From contig NC_043004.1 of the NCBI RefSeq assembly GCF_006345805.1, forward strand, positions 46,996,001-47,060,000: a DNA stretch of 64,000 nt, read 5' to 3'. The position numbers and the translations under genes were made by a program. Of the stretch, positions 1 through 13,184 are shown in pieces. The DNA is from Octopus sinensis. Lineage: Eukaryota. Numbering within the stretch: the stretch's first letter is position 1; each line of letters opens with the position of its first letter. Below the pieces are notes generated by a model. It worked only from the letters and a program-made list of their open reading frames with translations, was not told where the DNA came from and did not search any database.

Positions 1-400
1 TATTGATTTAATGCAGATGGACGTAATATCACAATATAACATTTTTACCAAATATATATACTTAAATGTTTCTTATACTTAAAACTTTAGATAAATATAG
101 TGTTCTATTATTACTTTACAACTCCAATATTCATACTTTACTCCCATTTCTATACTATATTTTATACGATGTTGTTTCTGCATAAATCTCACCAATTAAC
201 GGTTTGCAACCGTTTACACAACATGCACTAATGGAACACCTACACTGTGTATCTTAAACTACCTCTGAAATCATTTGACTTTCAAAGAATATTTAATTTC
301 ATTAATTAATTTTCGGAAGGTCTGGAATTGAAACATATGTAAGGGATGTTTGTCAATTTTTGAATTAATAAATAAGTACATCTCTATTTTCTTATCGTAT

Positions 401-454
<54 letters not shown>

Positions 455-460
<6 letters not shown>

Positions 461-1527
461 GAATAGTTCAGCTGGTACAGTATTTCTTGAACTACTTTGC
501 TTGGGGTGGAGTCTGAAAGTCTGGAATACAAAGTTATAGTCCTTTGTTTTAGAAAGAGTAATGAGCTTTTAGGGGACCTCTGTCCTTGTGCAGGTCAGGG
601 AAAGTTCGTTGTAGACACTCCTTAAAAGGGAGGAAGCTTGAGCTGTAAGAGCAGTCGGCATTTGGGATTCAGGGCAAGCAGTTGGCAGTTTGGATTTAGC
701 AGTGGCTGTTCTGCTGGTGACAGTGTACTGAGAGATGACAGGAAGACAGTCATGAGATAGTGAACAGTTGGGATTGTACAGCGAGTTAGTAATGGCTTGT
801 TCTGCTGTGACAGAGAGAGATATACAGAGGATTAGGCAGCTAATAGAGATGGACTACAATGTGAAGCATTGGCTGATTTAACGGTATGTGTTAATTGTAT
901 GTTTTGATATGTGAAGAAAAAGAAGGAAAAAGAATCGATGTATTGAAATGTAAAAGAAATGAACATTGTGTTACAGAACTGTTAAAGAAAGAGAGAGACT
1001 CTGTTGTAGTATTTAATGAACATTGAACGTATATGTGTTAATTGTCCTCTGAACTTTAATGTTAATGTGATTTGAAACAGAACTGTTGTCTCCGGACTGT
1101 ATATTGCATCAATCTGAACCGTTATTGAACTCGAATTCTGTGATCTGTTGTATACCTGTATTGATTTGTTGTTTTCTTTAAATGCTGTTGTTATATTGCT
1201 TTGATGTGTTGTTTCCTGAATGTATTTCCTCTTTGATGTACCTGATATGTATCTAAATGTATTTGATGTTGTAACAATTATAAAGTGTTATAAACTAGTA
1301 GGTTAAACGTAAGCCAATTGCCTTCCACTGTATTTCTTTGTCTCTCTGTGTCTCTTCCTGCTGCTGTAGTTGTTGTTGTTATCTCTCTCCTCTCCGAGTT
1401 CCGTGGCGAACTTTCGCGATCGATCGGGCCTGGGCAATCGTCGTCGCTCCACTTGTTGGGATCCCGGGTTCGAATTTCGAGCGACGGCAGGTGGGATTCC
1501 GTAGCAACTTTCTGAGGTCCCGTAACA
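455..1527 (-). mobile_element. Probable solo LTR (TGTT...AACA) inserted in a (TA)n tract
   Basis: The 1,073-bp unique segment starts TGTTGTG (455) and ends CGTAACA (1527). ATAT flanks both sides (451-454, 1528-1531), compatible with a 4-bp TSD, although this is weak inside a microsatellite. No coding internal region. Confidence 0.5.
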
Positions 1528-1540
1528 ATATATATATATA

Positions 1541-1761
1541 TATTTCTTTACTACCCACAAGGGGCTAAACACAGAGAGGACAAACAAGGACAGACAAACG
1601 GATTAAGTCGATTACATCGACCCCAGTGCGTAACTGGTACTTAATTTATCGACCCCGAAAGGATGAAAGGCAAAGTCGACCTCGACGGAATTTGAACTCA
1701 GAACGTAATGGCAGACAAAATACGGCTACGCATTTCGCCCGGCGTCCTAACGTTTCTGCCA
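1541..1761 (-). mobile_element. tRNA-derived SINE, family A (Deu/Nin-like core)
   Basis: The minus strand has a B-box-like GAGTTCAAATTCC, the core GCCTTTCATCCTTTCGGGGTCGATAAATTAAGTACCAG and a (TA)n tail. Closely similar to the copy at 16,240-16,467. Confidence 0.85.
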
Positions 1762-2648
1762 TACATATATGAGTTCAGCCAAAATTTTGATTCAGATGAA
1801 TATGGTACTATTCATACAATTTCAAACTAAGGTAATTAGAATCAAAATAACCAACAAGAATAGCCGAAGGTAATGCTGTACGATGGTTTTACACAACTCC
1901 ATTTAATTGAACAATGCCAACATTACATCAATTTAAATGCAGTGCAATCCTCAGCTGCACAAAGACATAGAATTTGATCAAATTAAAACAGATGGACACA
2001 TTAGTAGAATTTTACCTAAAATCTCCACGAATTTAAGGAGATAGACAAAGAACATGTTGCCTTTGACTTCCACTTAGAAGCTACTAAGGTATCATGAAGA
2101 AAAACATGTTGCAGATTTTGTTTATAATTATTTAAGGGGTCAGTTTTAATTTATAGACTAGTTTTATCAAAGTCTTGTACATCTAAGAATGTACCCTTGT
2201 ATATCTGAGGCCGTGATAACAGGGGCAGTGTCTGTTAGGGGTAGGGCTGAGGGAGTCGACAGAAATCCCAGTGGGTATAGTCATAAAAATCAAGATTTAT
2301 TTGAAGCAATATCATGAGTTTTGGTAAAGAAAAACTTAAATCAAGATGGTAGCTGACAATTAAGGAGGTTGGCCACTAGCAGACCATTGATAATGAAACG
2401 GTGAATCTTATCATGTAGTATTACAGTTAATATTTTAAGCAATATTGGTATATTGTATAAAGTTAAAGTTTATAGTTTTTCAAAGGATTATTAAGGAGAA
2501 TAATTATAACAAAAGCATAAAATGTTTTAAGAATACTTTTGAGTATATACCAAACTTTACCATAATAGAGGGAGGAAAAGAAATTATTAAGAAATAGTTT
2601 AATATGTATACATATTATAAACTGTAATACTAACTTTATCATATGGTA

Positions 2649-3916
2649 CGAGTGGCGTTCAATAAGTAATGCCCCTGACCCACTTCCCATAGCAGTAGAG
2701 CAACGAAACGTGGCACAGTTATTAGTCTTTGTGTACATAGAAACCACCCAGAGTTACGCATCTCTCCCATTGTTTGATGCAGCTCTGGAGACCGTTTTTT
2801 AGAAGACCCCAGCTTGGTCCTCCAAGCACGACGTGGCTTCAGAAATCAAGGCTGCATCATCTGGGAAACGCTTTCTTTTCAAAAATAACTTCATGGCTGG
2901 GAAGAGGTGAAAATCAGAGGGTGCAAGGCCGGGAGGGTAGGGGGATGGGGAGGAGGTTCATAACCGCACACCTGTGCTGTGGACCGGAGCGTTGTCCTGC
3001 AGGAGGAGGATGCCTTTGCTGATCTTGCCCCCACCTCTTGATTTTGATAGCTTCTCTTAATTTCGTCAAAAGTGAAGCATAATAGGCTCGTGTAATTGTG
3101 GTACCCTTTGCCAGGAAATCTGTCATCACTACTCCGTCCTGGTCCCAGAAGACTGTGAGCATGACCTTGCCACCGGAGGGCTACACCCTTGCCTTCTTTG
3201 GAGGAGGTGAGTCACGGTGCTTCCACTGCATTGACTGGGCTTTGGTCTCTGAATCATAGTGATGGACCCAGGTTTCATCCTGTGTAATCAGTCTATTGAA
3301 AAATTTTGACTCATCTTCTTGGCACATCTCCAAATTCATCCTCGAGCACTCGACGCGTTCTTGCTTCTGGAAAGGCGTGAGCAAACTGATAATCCCTCTG
3401 GCAGATACCTTTTGCATATGCAAGTGGTCATGAATGATATTTTCCACAGACCCGGTATTAATCGTGACCCCATGGGCTATTTGGCGAATAGTTATGCGTC
3501 GATCTTCCAAAATGGCAGCTTTAACTTGACGGACAGATGCCTCATCAATGGCAGAAGGGGGGCGACCAGATTTGGGAACTGTTTCCACAGAGACCGACTA
3601 TGTTTGAATTCACGATACCAGCGTTTTCCAAGGTCATATGATGGGGCATCATCACCATAAGTTACTTTTATTAATTCAAATGTCTCCCGTGGTGTACGTC
3701 CTTTCAAATACAAAAACCGGATCACTGCTCGTCACTCAACATGCTCTATTTCGCACTTGACTCAGTTCAAACACCTGTAAATCATAAATCACAATGTGTT
3801 CAGAACTGTAATTTGCCTCTTAATCTATAGAGATATAAATAATTGCACATGCAACATTTTAGCTAGATCAAACAACTGCAAGTTGGTCAGAGGCATTACT
3901 TATTGAACGTCCCTCG
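2649..3916 (-). mobile_element. Full-length mariner (DD34D-type) transposon relic
   Basis: 32-bp TIRs (2649-2680 and 3885-3916, 29/32 identical) with TA on both flanks (2647-2648, 3917-3918); length 1,268 bp. Confidence 0.95.
2722..3725 (-). pseudogene. Frameshifted mariner transposase
   Basis: Split ORFs 3492-3725, 3181-3588 and 2914-3162 carry an HTH region (IRQIAHGVTINTGSVENII), ITQDETWVHHYD, and an out-of-frame GLAPSDFHLF (YSPDLAPSD-type) motif. The C-terminus ends ...WERCVTLGGFYVHKD*. Confidence 0.9.
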
Positions 3917-4011
3917 TATCAGTGAATAATGATGAATTGGTATATATTAGTATTTAATATAGTAGTTCTGAGGTAAAACAACACACTAACTATATATTAA
4001 TTTAATTATAA

Positions 4012-4204
4012 TCTAAGCCGTTTATAAACGTAGTTTTTATGTGAGTGTGCGTGTTGTCTATATATATACATACATACATACATACATAAACCAATTTCAA
4101 TGGATTTCGCACAAATTTGACGTCGTAGTTTGGTTTCAAATAAAGAACTTGATTAGGTCAATAACCCTAAATTAATCCCGGGTAAAGCCGGGTTATACTG
4201 CTAG
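4012..4204 (+). mobile_element. Short non-autonomous Helitron-like element
   Basis: Starts a^TC at 4012. Has the 3' hairpin CCCGG-gtaaag-CCGGG (4177-4192) and ends ATACTGCTAG^t, the same terminus as the copy at 34,462. Confidence 0.6.
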
Positions 4205-4206
4205 TT

Positions 4207-4244
<38 letters not shown>

Positions 4245-5879
4245 ACACACATACCCACATATATGCCCACACACAAATATTTATATAAATGCGTGCGTAT
4301 GTATATGTGTGTGTCTGCATGTACAGACACACATGGATATCAGCCGAAACTTGATCGTTTGTGCTACTGTGGCCGTAGAAATGACGCTGTAACAAATGGT
4401 TTGGATTTCTCGTTCTAAATTTGGTAGAACCTTTCACTTACCTTGTTAGAGTGTTATTACCACAATAATGTGAAACAGTAAAAATGTGTGTAAGGGAGGG
4501 AAACTGACTAAATTCATTCCAGGGCCTGTCTTAGACTTTATTTACGGATCTCGAGTAGAAAATTTTATGGCATATTATTCTATGCTGTAAGGAATCTTTC
4601 AATCGACCACTTTATGAGTTTATGTCCCTGCAAGAAAATATCTACCTATATATGTGTGCGCTTGCATTTATTTGTATATTTGAGTATACTTAAACACAAT
4701 TGTGTGCCTGTTTCCGTCTTACGGTCAATTATTATCAGGTATCGTGTATAAATTGGGACCGATAATGCAAAATATCAATATTTTGACAATATCGACGAAA
4801 GCAATTATATACTGGAAAAATAGTTTATTTTAAAATTCGCATTGAACAAATCACTTAATCATACACATTTTCTATTTCTTCAATGGCAATATACAATTTG
4901 AATTATTATGAATAATGCTTATAGAATCTGTTAAACAAATGTGGTTTTTTTGTGAATATAAACTGTCTTAGAATTATTAATACAATAAATATGTTAGTTG
5001 TAATATCTTTCATATAAATGAGAATTTCTTGAGGTTATTTCGGTTTAATCAACGTATTTTCATATAAGTGCTGTGATATACAATGTGCAGCTGATATTCC
5101 AGCTTTAAAATATATAAAAATTACGTAATTCAAATACTGTATATATGCAAACATGTATGGATTTGTCCTTGTGGACATAGTCTGCGCACGCATGTGTGTG
5201 CGTGCGTGTGCGTGTATATTTGTGTGTGCGCGTGTGTGTGTGTGTTTGCGTGTGCGTGTGTGAGTGAAAATGTTTAAGTAAATATATAGTTGATTCCCTT
5301 GTATTATATATGACGGACTGCAATATCGAATAGGGTCTGCTCCTTTATATTTATTAAATTGGGTAATAAATTTCGTGTAGGTATTTATAATTCAGTTCTT
5401 CTTAATACGTAGAAGGTAATATAAAGTGAAATGGCTATCTTCGTTTCCATCTCAGTAAACTTTATTCATTTCTATTACACTGTCTGCCATGCGTATGGGT
5501 ATCTGCTCGTATATTCCTACAGTACGTTAAACGGAAAATGCTACACGTAAAGATAATGAACAAAATAAAATAGGAATAGATATTCTTTATTTTGTAATTT
5601 GCTTACAGAGTTAAGTTTAATTCGTTTATAACTGGATCTTTTCACAATTTCCCGCTGACTCACTATGATTGTCTTGATATTACACAATGAACCCTCCAAC
5701 TAAAGGTTTTCCGAAGAGCAGCATTTAATATCTTTCTCCCCAATCTACACAGCGTACAGTATGTCGATGACTTGAGAAGTACCTGTGTGGTGACTGACCC
5801 GTGGTAGACTTGAGACCAAAGGTGGATAATACTGAACTGGAAATTATAATGAACGCGGACACATCTCAAACGCGTGAGC

Positions 5880-6715
5880 TAGCATTAAGGTTTGATTTTC
5901 GATTCCAACAGTATTGGACCATCTGAAACACATCGGCAAGATAAAGAAACTGGACAAGTGGGTATCACACAATCTGAACGCACATCAAGCCCAACGTCGT
6001 CTTGAAACTTGCTGTTCTTTGCTGTCACGGCATAAAATCTAAACAGTTTTGTATCGTATTGTTACGTGTGATCAAAGATGGGTTTTCTTCAACAATAGCA
6101 AGTGTCCTGTACTTTCGGTGGATAGAAACGAATTGCCAAACCACAATCCAAAAAAGAATATTTACCAAAAGAAGAAAGGTAATGGTGTATGTTTGATGCT
6201 CTAGCGCTGGGGTCATCAACTATAGCTTCATGAGACCTCACAGGTCAATTACAGCGAATGTATACGTTAACCAAATGGATGAAATGATGAGTGAACTTGC
6301 AATTAAACAACCGGGATTCGTCAACAGAGACAGGCCAATTCTCTTGCAAAACAATACTCGACCACATGTACAGAAAACGTTACTCAAGTTACAGGTACTG
6401 AACTTGGAAGTACCTTGTTGTCCACCATATTCAGGAGACCATGCGCCAACTTTTATCACGTTTTCCAGGCATTAGACAACGTTTTGCAAAGAAAAACACT
6501 TCAAATCTGAGGAAGATGCAAAAACAGATTTTCTTGTTTTCACCACCTCTTGCTCTCTAGAATTCTTCGCTGCCAGTATAAATAAGCTACTGATAAAAAG
6601 GCAAAATAGTGTTAAAGGATTTCGGTGCATACTTTGAATAAATGCACTGCTCTTTGTTGAGATAGAATAAAACATACTTTCCGTTCAAAATCGGATATTT
6701 AATGAATTTTAATGA
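5880..6715 (+). mobile_element. Degraded mariner transposase fragment
   Basis: WVSHNL (a WVPHEL-type motif) near 5960, LLQNNTRPHV, and PPYSGDHAPT (YSPDLAP-type); multiple stops and frameshifts. Confidence 0.85.
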
Positions 6716-6758
6716 ATTGATATGTATATATATATATACATATATATATGCGCTTAAG

Positions 6759-6966
<208 letters not shown>

Positions 6967-8194
6967 GGATATTACACAAATGTCTTCATATATTTTACAG
7001 ACAAATAATCACGCACAAATTCATTCGCAACTATGCACAACTACAGACAGAAAGAAAAATAAACAGCTCGAACTAAACAAGAGTAATTGCCAGAAAAATC
7101 TTTGTTGTCATTTCATTATCGAAGAAAGAAGAATGAACATCAATAGCAAAAATAACTGTTATTAAAAGGATTTCATTTTTTCCTCCCTTTGTTAGATAGT
7201 GAAAGCTATATTTCAAAATGTCTATCTTATCATAATGCGTTTTGACAATTGATAGACTTATAACTTGAACCCAGGTTGAAAAGGTTGATAGGTAATATCA
7301 AAGAAAATTTAATGATGTGCAGTGAATATAAATGACCGGAAGAATATATTTTGAGGAAAATTTTGTATATGTTATTTTGTCTATTAATCACTGAATGTGG
7401 AATCTGACATAGTTGATAGTGTACCATATTAATGGTTTGGAACTCAGTGTTTCTAATTCTTTCATGGTAGAAAGTCTTTATATGACTACCATTCAGATAT
7501 AGGCAATTTCTAAATGTGTTGCTCTTGACTGTTTTCGTTGCCATTTGTTTGCTTTGTTTTGCTTTTGCATCGCTACAGATTAGGTTACAGTTTGCAAACC
7601 TATGATGAAAAAAACCTTTCAGTTTGGAGTCATGACTATAACTTGTATTGTTTAAGGAAACGCGTTACCGTAGCAACTTTTCCAGCATCTATGGTGTGAA
7701 ATTAAACAATAGCGGATCGTTTTTCTTATTTGTTCTAGAAAGAAAAGCAACAACGCACGAGTTTATTTCCATTAGTAAAGTTTGATGCACAATTCAATTT
7801 AGTAACAATATTACAAGCTGGTATTATATCAAAGAAATGCTTCAAATCGAAGCACTATTTCTCAAATCTGGGAGATTACGCCTCTGGCAAATCTGCATAT
7901 TGTCAGATTGCCTCAGAAAAGAATCATAGCTCAGATGTTTTAGAGGCAAGTCTAGCCAATAGGAAACGCAGGAGTGCACCACAAGTGAAACAGTTGACCG
8001 AAATCACCAGTCTCGATTGACCTCAATCGCTGGTGCGATCAGATATAAGCCTAACTGTTGCTTTCTATAACATACTCTACAAAACGTGACGTTGATTCAA
8101 CTCTTGCGTTTTCCATGTAAGTCATGTTTTTTCACAAGAGAGCGTAAAAGTATTTCGTGAAAAATCCTGATTTTGCCACAAAGGCGGCGATTTT

Positions 8195-8310
8195 CAGGTG
8201 AGGTGGCATTTCCATCCCGTTGACACCAATAATTTAATCAATACTTTATTTTATCTATTGATGAGGAATGAATGGTAAAGAAAATCTCAGCAGAATTAGA
8301 GCTAACTATT
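8195..8310 (-). mobile_element. Degenerate SINE family A fragment
   Basis: TACTTTATTTTATCTATTGATGAGGAATGAATGGTAAAGAAAATCTCAGCAGAATTAGAGCT resembles the reverse core of family A. Confidence 0.5.
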
Positions 8311-10209
8311 TCAAGAGCCGGGACTAATAAGGTAAAGAGCTTCCGCTGACACTCTAGCAATTGAGGCATTCAGGCATCTCACCGACAAGTCCTTCTTCAA
8401 AATTTACAGAGCACCAAAGTAGTCCTAGAATTGAAGTAACACAGATTAAGATGAACTATTCTTGCCAATGAGGGAAGTGAAAGAAAAATATTTTTAAATG
8501 ATACGTATTTTTAAACAATTTCATAAACGAAAACCTGTCCTCCATTCTGAAAACTAGTTCAAGGAAGAACCAGATCAGTATTTGAAACTGTTTATATCCT
8601 GTACTGAAATCTTTTAGCGGAAATTTGTTTTTTGTCCTTTAAAATCCAGTACTGGTGTAAAGGGGAAAGATCTTTGTAATGAAGCATCAAAGTAAAACCA
8701 TAGAAACAATGCTGATGATTCGAAATTCAATGTCTGTGATCAAATTATCGATTTTTTATCGTAATATATATCTTAGCTGTAATATTTCTGTTTTTAAATT
8801 ATTGATCTTCGTTTCTGACATGAACAACTTTGTTCACTATTTACCAGATCTAGTACGTATGATCACTTTATAAAAGATGAAAGTAAAAGGAAAGTGTCCC
8901 ATTCCAGCCGTGATCAACAGCTATGAGGAACATTGAGCGATATAGAATTTATTGATTACTAGTGTTTAACGTGCAGAAAGATATCAATAAATTACCAGTA
9001 TATATTAATCTGTCCCATGAGTGTGGAAGGTTCATCAATCACAGTGGGATATAAAATAAAAAAAATTATTATTGAAGTATATATTAATATGATTAATGAA
9101 CCAAACTCTTCATTCCATTTGCCGAATACTAAAAGGTGTTGAAGAGATATATATAAATAATACAGGGATAATTACTGTATCCATGCCAAGAAACATTACG
9201 AGAAAGGACATTCGCCACAATGATATTTGACAGATATCTGAGGTTGACTGCTTCTAGTATATTTAATAGCTATTAGATATTTTCAAGAAAACATTTTAAT
9301 CTACGGAGAGCTATCATAAACTCACGAAACATTTTGTCGAAATTAATAACATCTATCAAACGATAAACATATTCTTGGCGTTTCACTTTTAAGAACATAT
9401 ACTTACAAATCAAAACCATAGAAAAGCTTTTAAAAGTCAAGGAATGACATCAAATTTCTTTCGCTTATTTCATGATTTTACTCAGAAAAGGAGGGATCGT
9501 GTACAATACATTATACAGCATCCTGAAGGGACATAGAGGACGGCTTACGTGTCATGCTCTGTTTTTGATGAAAACACCCACTGGAATTCATGCTGAATAT
9601 CATCAGACCAAAGATTCGTTCTGAATTTCTACTAGAAACACCAGATTGTTGTATAAGATAATTCGCTGGATCTGGTTTACCGTCTGTCATATACAACCGT
9701 TCTGTTCTGAACGCGATCCTATGTGTAACAAAGGTCATCTATTTCACCGCAACTTTCGTTGCAGTGACATTGATATATATATCACTATAACTCTGAAGTG
9801 AGCTACTTTGAGACATTGTAATACCTCTCTAATCTACTACAACAGAATATTAATAACTATATTTCACTACTTTCAATCAATGTCTAGAGATGCAGTGCTT
9901 TTATTAAAGAATATATTCAAATTATATTATCTCATGATATGATTATAGACAAATAATTAAGTTATTCCTTATATTCCTAATATTGAATACATAGATATTA
10001 CTTTCAAGTTTTAATATATCATATAACCTATAGAAGCAACGTTATTTTATTTAGCTATTTAACACTGTGTAACGTTATCGTATGTTATCTCTGACACATT
10101 GGATCAGTGATAACAGTTTCTTGTCGTGACAAACCAGATGCAACACCTTCTCCAACGAATCCAACGAATTCCAAAGTAGGGTTTTATTTAGCTGATATCG
10201 AGATACTAA

Positions 10210-10516
10210 TGAAATATGCTCAATATACAAACTAGAGGACCACAGCTCTTTAACATCCTCCCTAAATGCCTGAGAGACGTGCATGGTGTGGATGTGTGGT
10301 TCTATAAAAATAAACTGGATCTCTTCTTGTTGGGGGTCCCAGATAAACCTACCTCACGACAGGAGACACTGATGCGAGCAGCAGCATCAAACTCCCTTGT
10401 TGACCAAGTGCCACGTATCAGATGTGGATTCACATGTTAGTGTAGCTCATTCAGCGGTGGTGCCCTAACATGGCTGCAGCCTTTGGGCCGAAACAATTTT
10501 AAGGATTTAAGGATTT
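10210..10516 (+). mobile_element. 5'-truncated LINE 3' end (CR1-group-like) with (AAGGATTT)n tail
   Basis: The ORF end RGPQLFNILPKCLRDVHGVDVWFYKNKLDLFL...RAAASNSLVDQ resembles CR1-group ORF2 C-termini. It is followed by a short 3' UTR and two AAGGATTT units. Confidence 0.7.
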
Positions 10517-12435
10517 AGAAATTAAGTATAAATGAGTCCAAGTTGCGATTTCATGTGTACTAATTCAGTATCATCATAAAGCTAACCCAGAATACTGAAT
10601 CGCTTGATGCCGCTTAACCACATTGGGACTAATTCAATTCAGAAAACGAATTTCTAAAATTTGTCATAATCAGCCTTATTCAGAGAAAGACAAGATCCCT
10701 TCAAATAGTAGATGCATTGTATCCAATGTAACATATCGTATGTTCTAATTTCTACTGAATTCAAAAATTGCTGTGGTCAAAATAATTATTCTTAGAATTG
10801 AATGTCCTATATCTTCGTATCATAAATAAAATGCCACAATTATTCTATCAAACTTAATGTAAGCAAAGTAATGCCGTAAAACTTTATAGAATGATTAATG
10901 AAACTGTTGTTTTTGAGCATACAGAAAATTATTTGGTAAGATGATATACAGTTAAAGATATATTCCATTAGAATAATTTATATGAGCTTATTTCTAAGAG
11001 TAGATATTTCAGTATGGTAACGTAGTAAAAATCTTTGCATATACTCATTATTTAGAAATTCTACTTCTAAAAGATCCTCAACGCCTCTTCATGAAGGAAA
11101 TTTCAGCTGACACAGTGAAATTGACCTCATTTCCACTTCAATATTAAATAGATTTCCACATCTAAATTTTGTTTGATCAATGAAATATCATTCAGCTCAA
11201 CGTCATCTCTAAACGATATATTCTCACGGAGAGAGTAATAAACATATGTACATACATGTATGTGATCATTCTAATGTCACTTCAAATACGTAATATGTTA
11301 GTTGGAATTTGTCTGAAGTGGTTGAGCCTCGCAAGTGAATCATTTCTGACAGTGAGTATAGATATATCTGAAATAAGGTTTACACATAAGAAAACTTAGA
11401 GTTATTCAGCTATCACATTTGTGAAGCAAACCTAGCGTAGCAAATTTAAGCGCATGGTTTCGTCAAATGCGTCATAATTTGTCAATTTCTTGACATCTCT
11501 TTAATATAGTTTCTGGAAATACGATCCACGGAAATGTAATTCAAATCTTTATTTCCTTAAATTGTCTTCCTTCCTTTTACAATACTGTCTTACTCTACGT
11601 CTAAAGACATTGTTGTTCCTCCTTCACGAATATATAATTTTTATCACTACAAAATATAAAATTCTTCTCTAATTCTTATTATTATCATTATTGTTGTTGC
11701 ATTTTATGTTATTGTTGTACTGGAAGCACGTGTGGCTTCTCGCTCGTAAGTTCAATTCTTTAATTTGTGTATTCAAAAGTTGTTAACTGTTTATTTAGTT
11801 AGGAAAACGTTTGTTATATACACCACAATTTCATAGTTTTGGTTTTCTGCTTGTATGTGCTTCTTTGGGATCATGAATTCGATTAGATAATGGTCATTTT
11901 GTTTACGGAAATATAACTTTATAAATAGAGATGGCGACGCCAGCTTTGGTATAAGAAATGAAAGAAGCAGTAAAAGGTAGGTTTGAAAGTGAAATGCAAG
12001 ACACCTCAGAGTCTTCCACATTCTACCCTCAAATGGAATAGGGAAGTAAGCTCTCATGAAGATCAAAATAAAGTGCGCCTCACCCCAGGATGAACATAAA
12101 GAACAGCAGCAACATCAACATCAACATCAACAACAACAGCAACAACAACAACAAACACACATACACACACAGCAAGGAAATTTTATAAATGTGACAATAC
12201 CAAAAACATCAACTCTTAGCGACAAAAATATCGACCAGAACTATAACAATAATAATGCATTCACAACTGCGGAAAAGTCACAGGGTTTTATATATATGTG
12301 TGTGTATGTGTGTGTGTGTGTGTGTGTTGTGTGTGTGTGTGTGTGCGTGCGTGTGTGTGTGTGTGTGTGTGTTTGTGTGGATAACCTACATGACGGCCAA
12401 AGAGTAAGGCCGAAATAAACACGGGTAGACATTAC

Positions 12436-12707
12436 CATATATCCCTTCCTAGGCATAAGTAGAAGGTGCACTGAAAGAGAACTCCCAGGCTTCCAGCACA
12501 TTTCTAGAGTCAAGCACTTTGTGGGCATTTCAATGCTTTCCGAGACTGTAGCGCTGGCCGCCAAGCAATCCGATCCTCCCTTCTGGAGCGTAAAAAATGT
12601 TCTCCATCCATCACGTTTAGAAAGAAGGCTGAGGTTAATTTGTGGTGGATTTTTGTTTATATCGTCTTGGAAGACAGTAATAGCCAACTGGAGGTGAGGA
12701 AGACCTC
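12436..12707. CDS. Candidate coding exon, strand unresolved, product unknown
   Basis: GC-richer unique island. Minus reading: acceptor attttcacAG at 12709-12708, donor GTAATG at 12435, 272 nt open (GLPHLQLAITVF...PRKGYM). Plus reading: acceptor tcccttcctAG at 12452, donor GTGAGG at 12693, also open. No recognisable domain. Confidence 0.35.
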
Positions 12708-13184
12708 CTGTGAAAATTAATCCACATTGAACTACACACAATCCATAATTTTGATTATATACACTAATTTTGTGGTGAGCCCCACTTCTTGCATGTGTTA
12801 TACTGTCTTTCTCTGTTTTCTGCCCGGCTCTTGTGGCCAATAAAGTGAACATTATTATGATTATTATTGTTATTATTATTACTATTATTATCAGACCATT
12901 CCAGTTCCATATATGATTTACCGTCCTACTCTTCAATTCATTGCCTCAATAGCATTTTTCGAATTCGACTGTGTAATATTTTCTCACACTCCTTGTATAC
13001 CCATTATACATAAATTAGTTGCAGTCTTCAATAATTACAGAAGCAAGATCAACCGAGAATAAAGTTAATGCATAGTCCCAACCTAGGCCATCAAAGTCAC
13101 TAATTGGTATATGTAGCATTTCTGTCGCAGTGACGTGAAGTGTCGATGACTTGGAAGACCAACCTAACGACCGGTGAAAAGATG

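Noticed and set aside
7739-8020. About 93-codon plus frame containing RKRRS
   Set aside because: No start or convincing splice sites; this length is expected by chance in a window of this size.
9511-9800. Cys-rich CHCNESCGEIDDLC frame, MTFVTH... ORF with a GTAAGC donor, and a plus-strand LKGHRG motif
   Set aside because: Each reading is interrupted by stops or lacks a credible acceptor; no consistent exon.
12620-12690. DINKNPPQINL resembling the cadherin DxNDNxP linker (protocadherin)
   Set aside because: The key Asp is missing, and there are no PE, LDRE or AxDxG motifs at cadherin spacing; protocadherin ectodomain exons are normally long.
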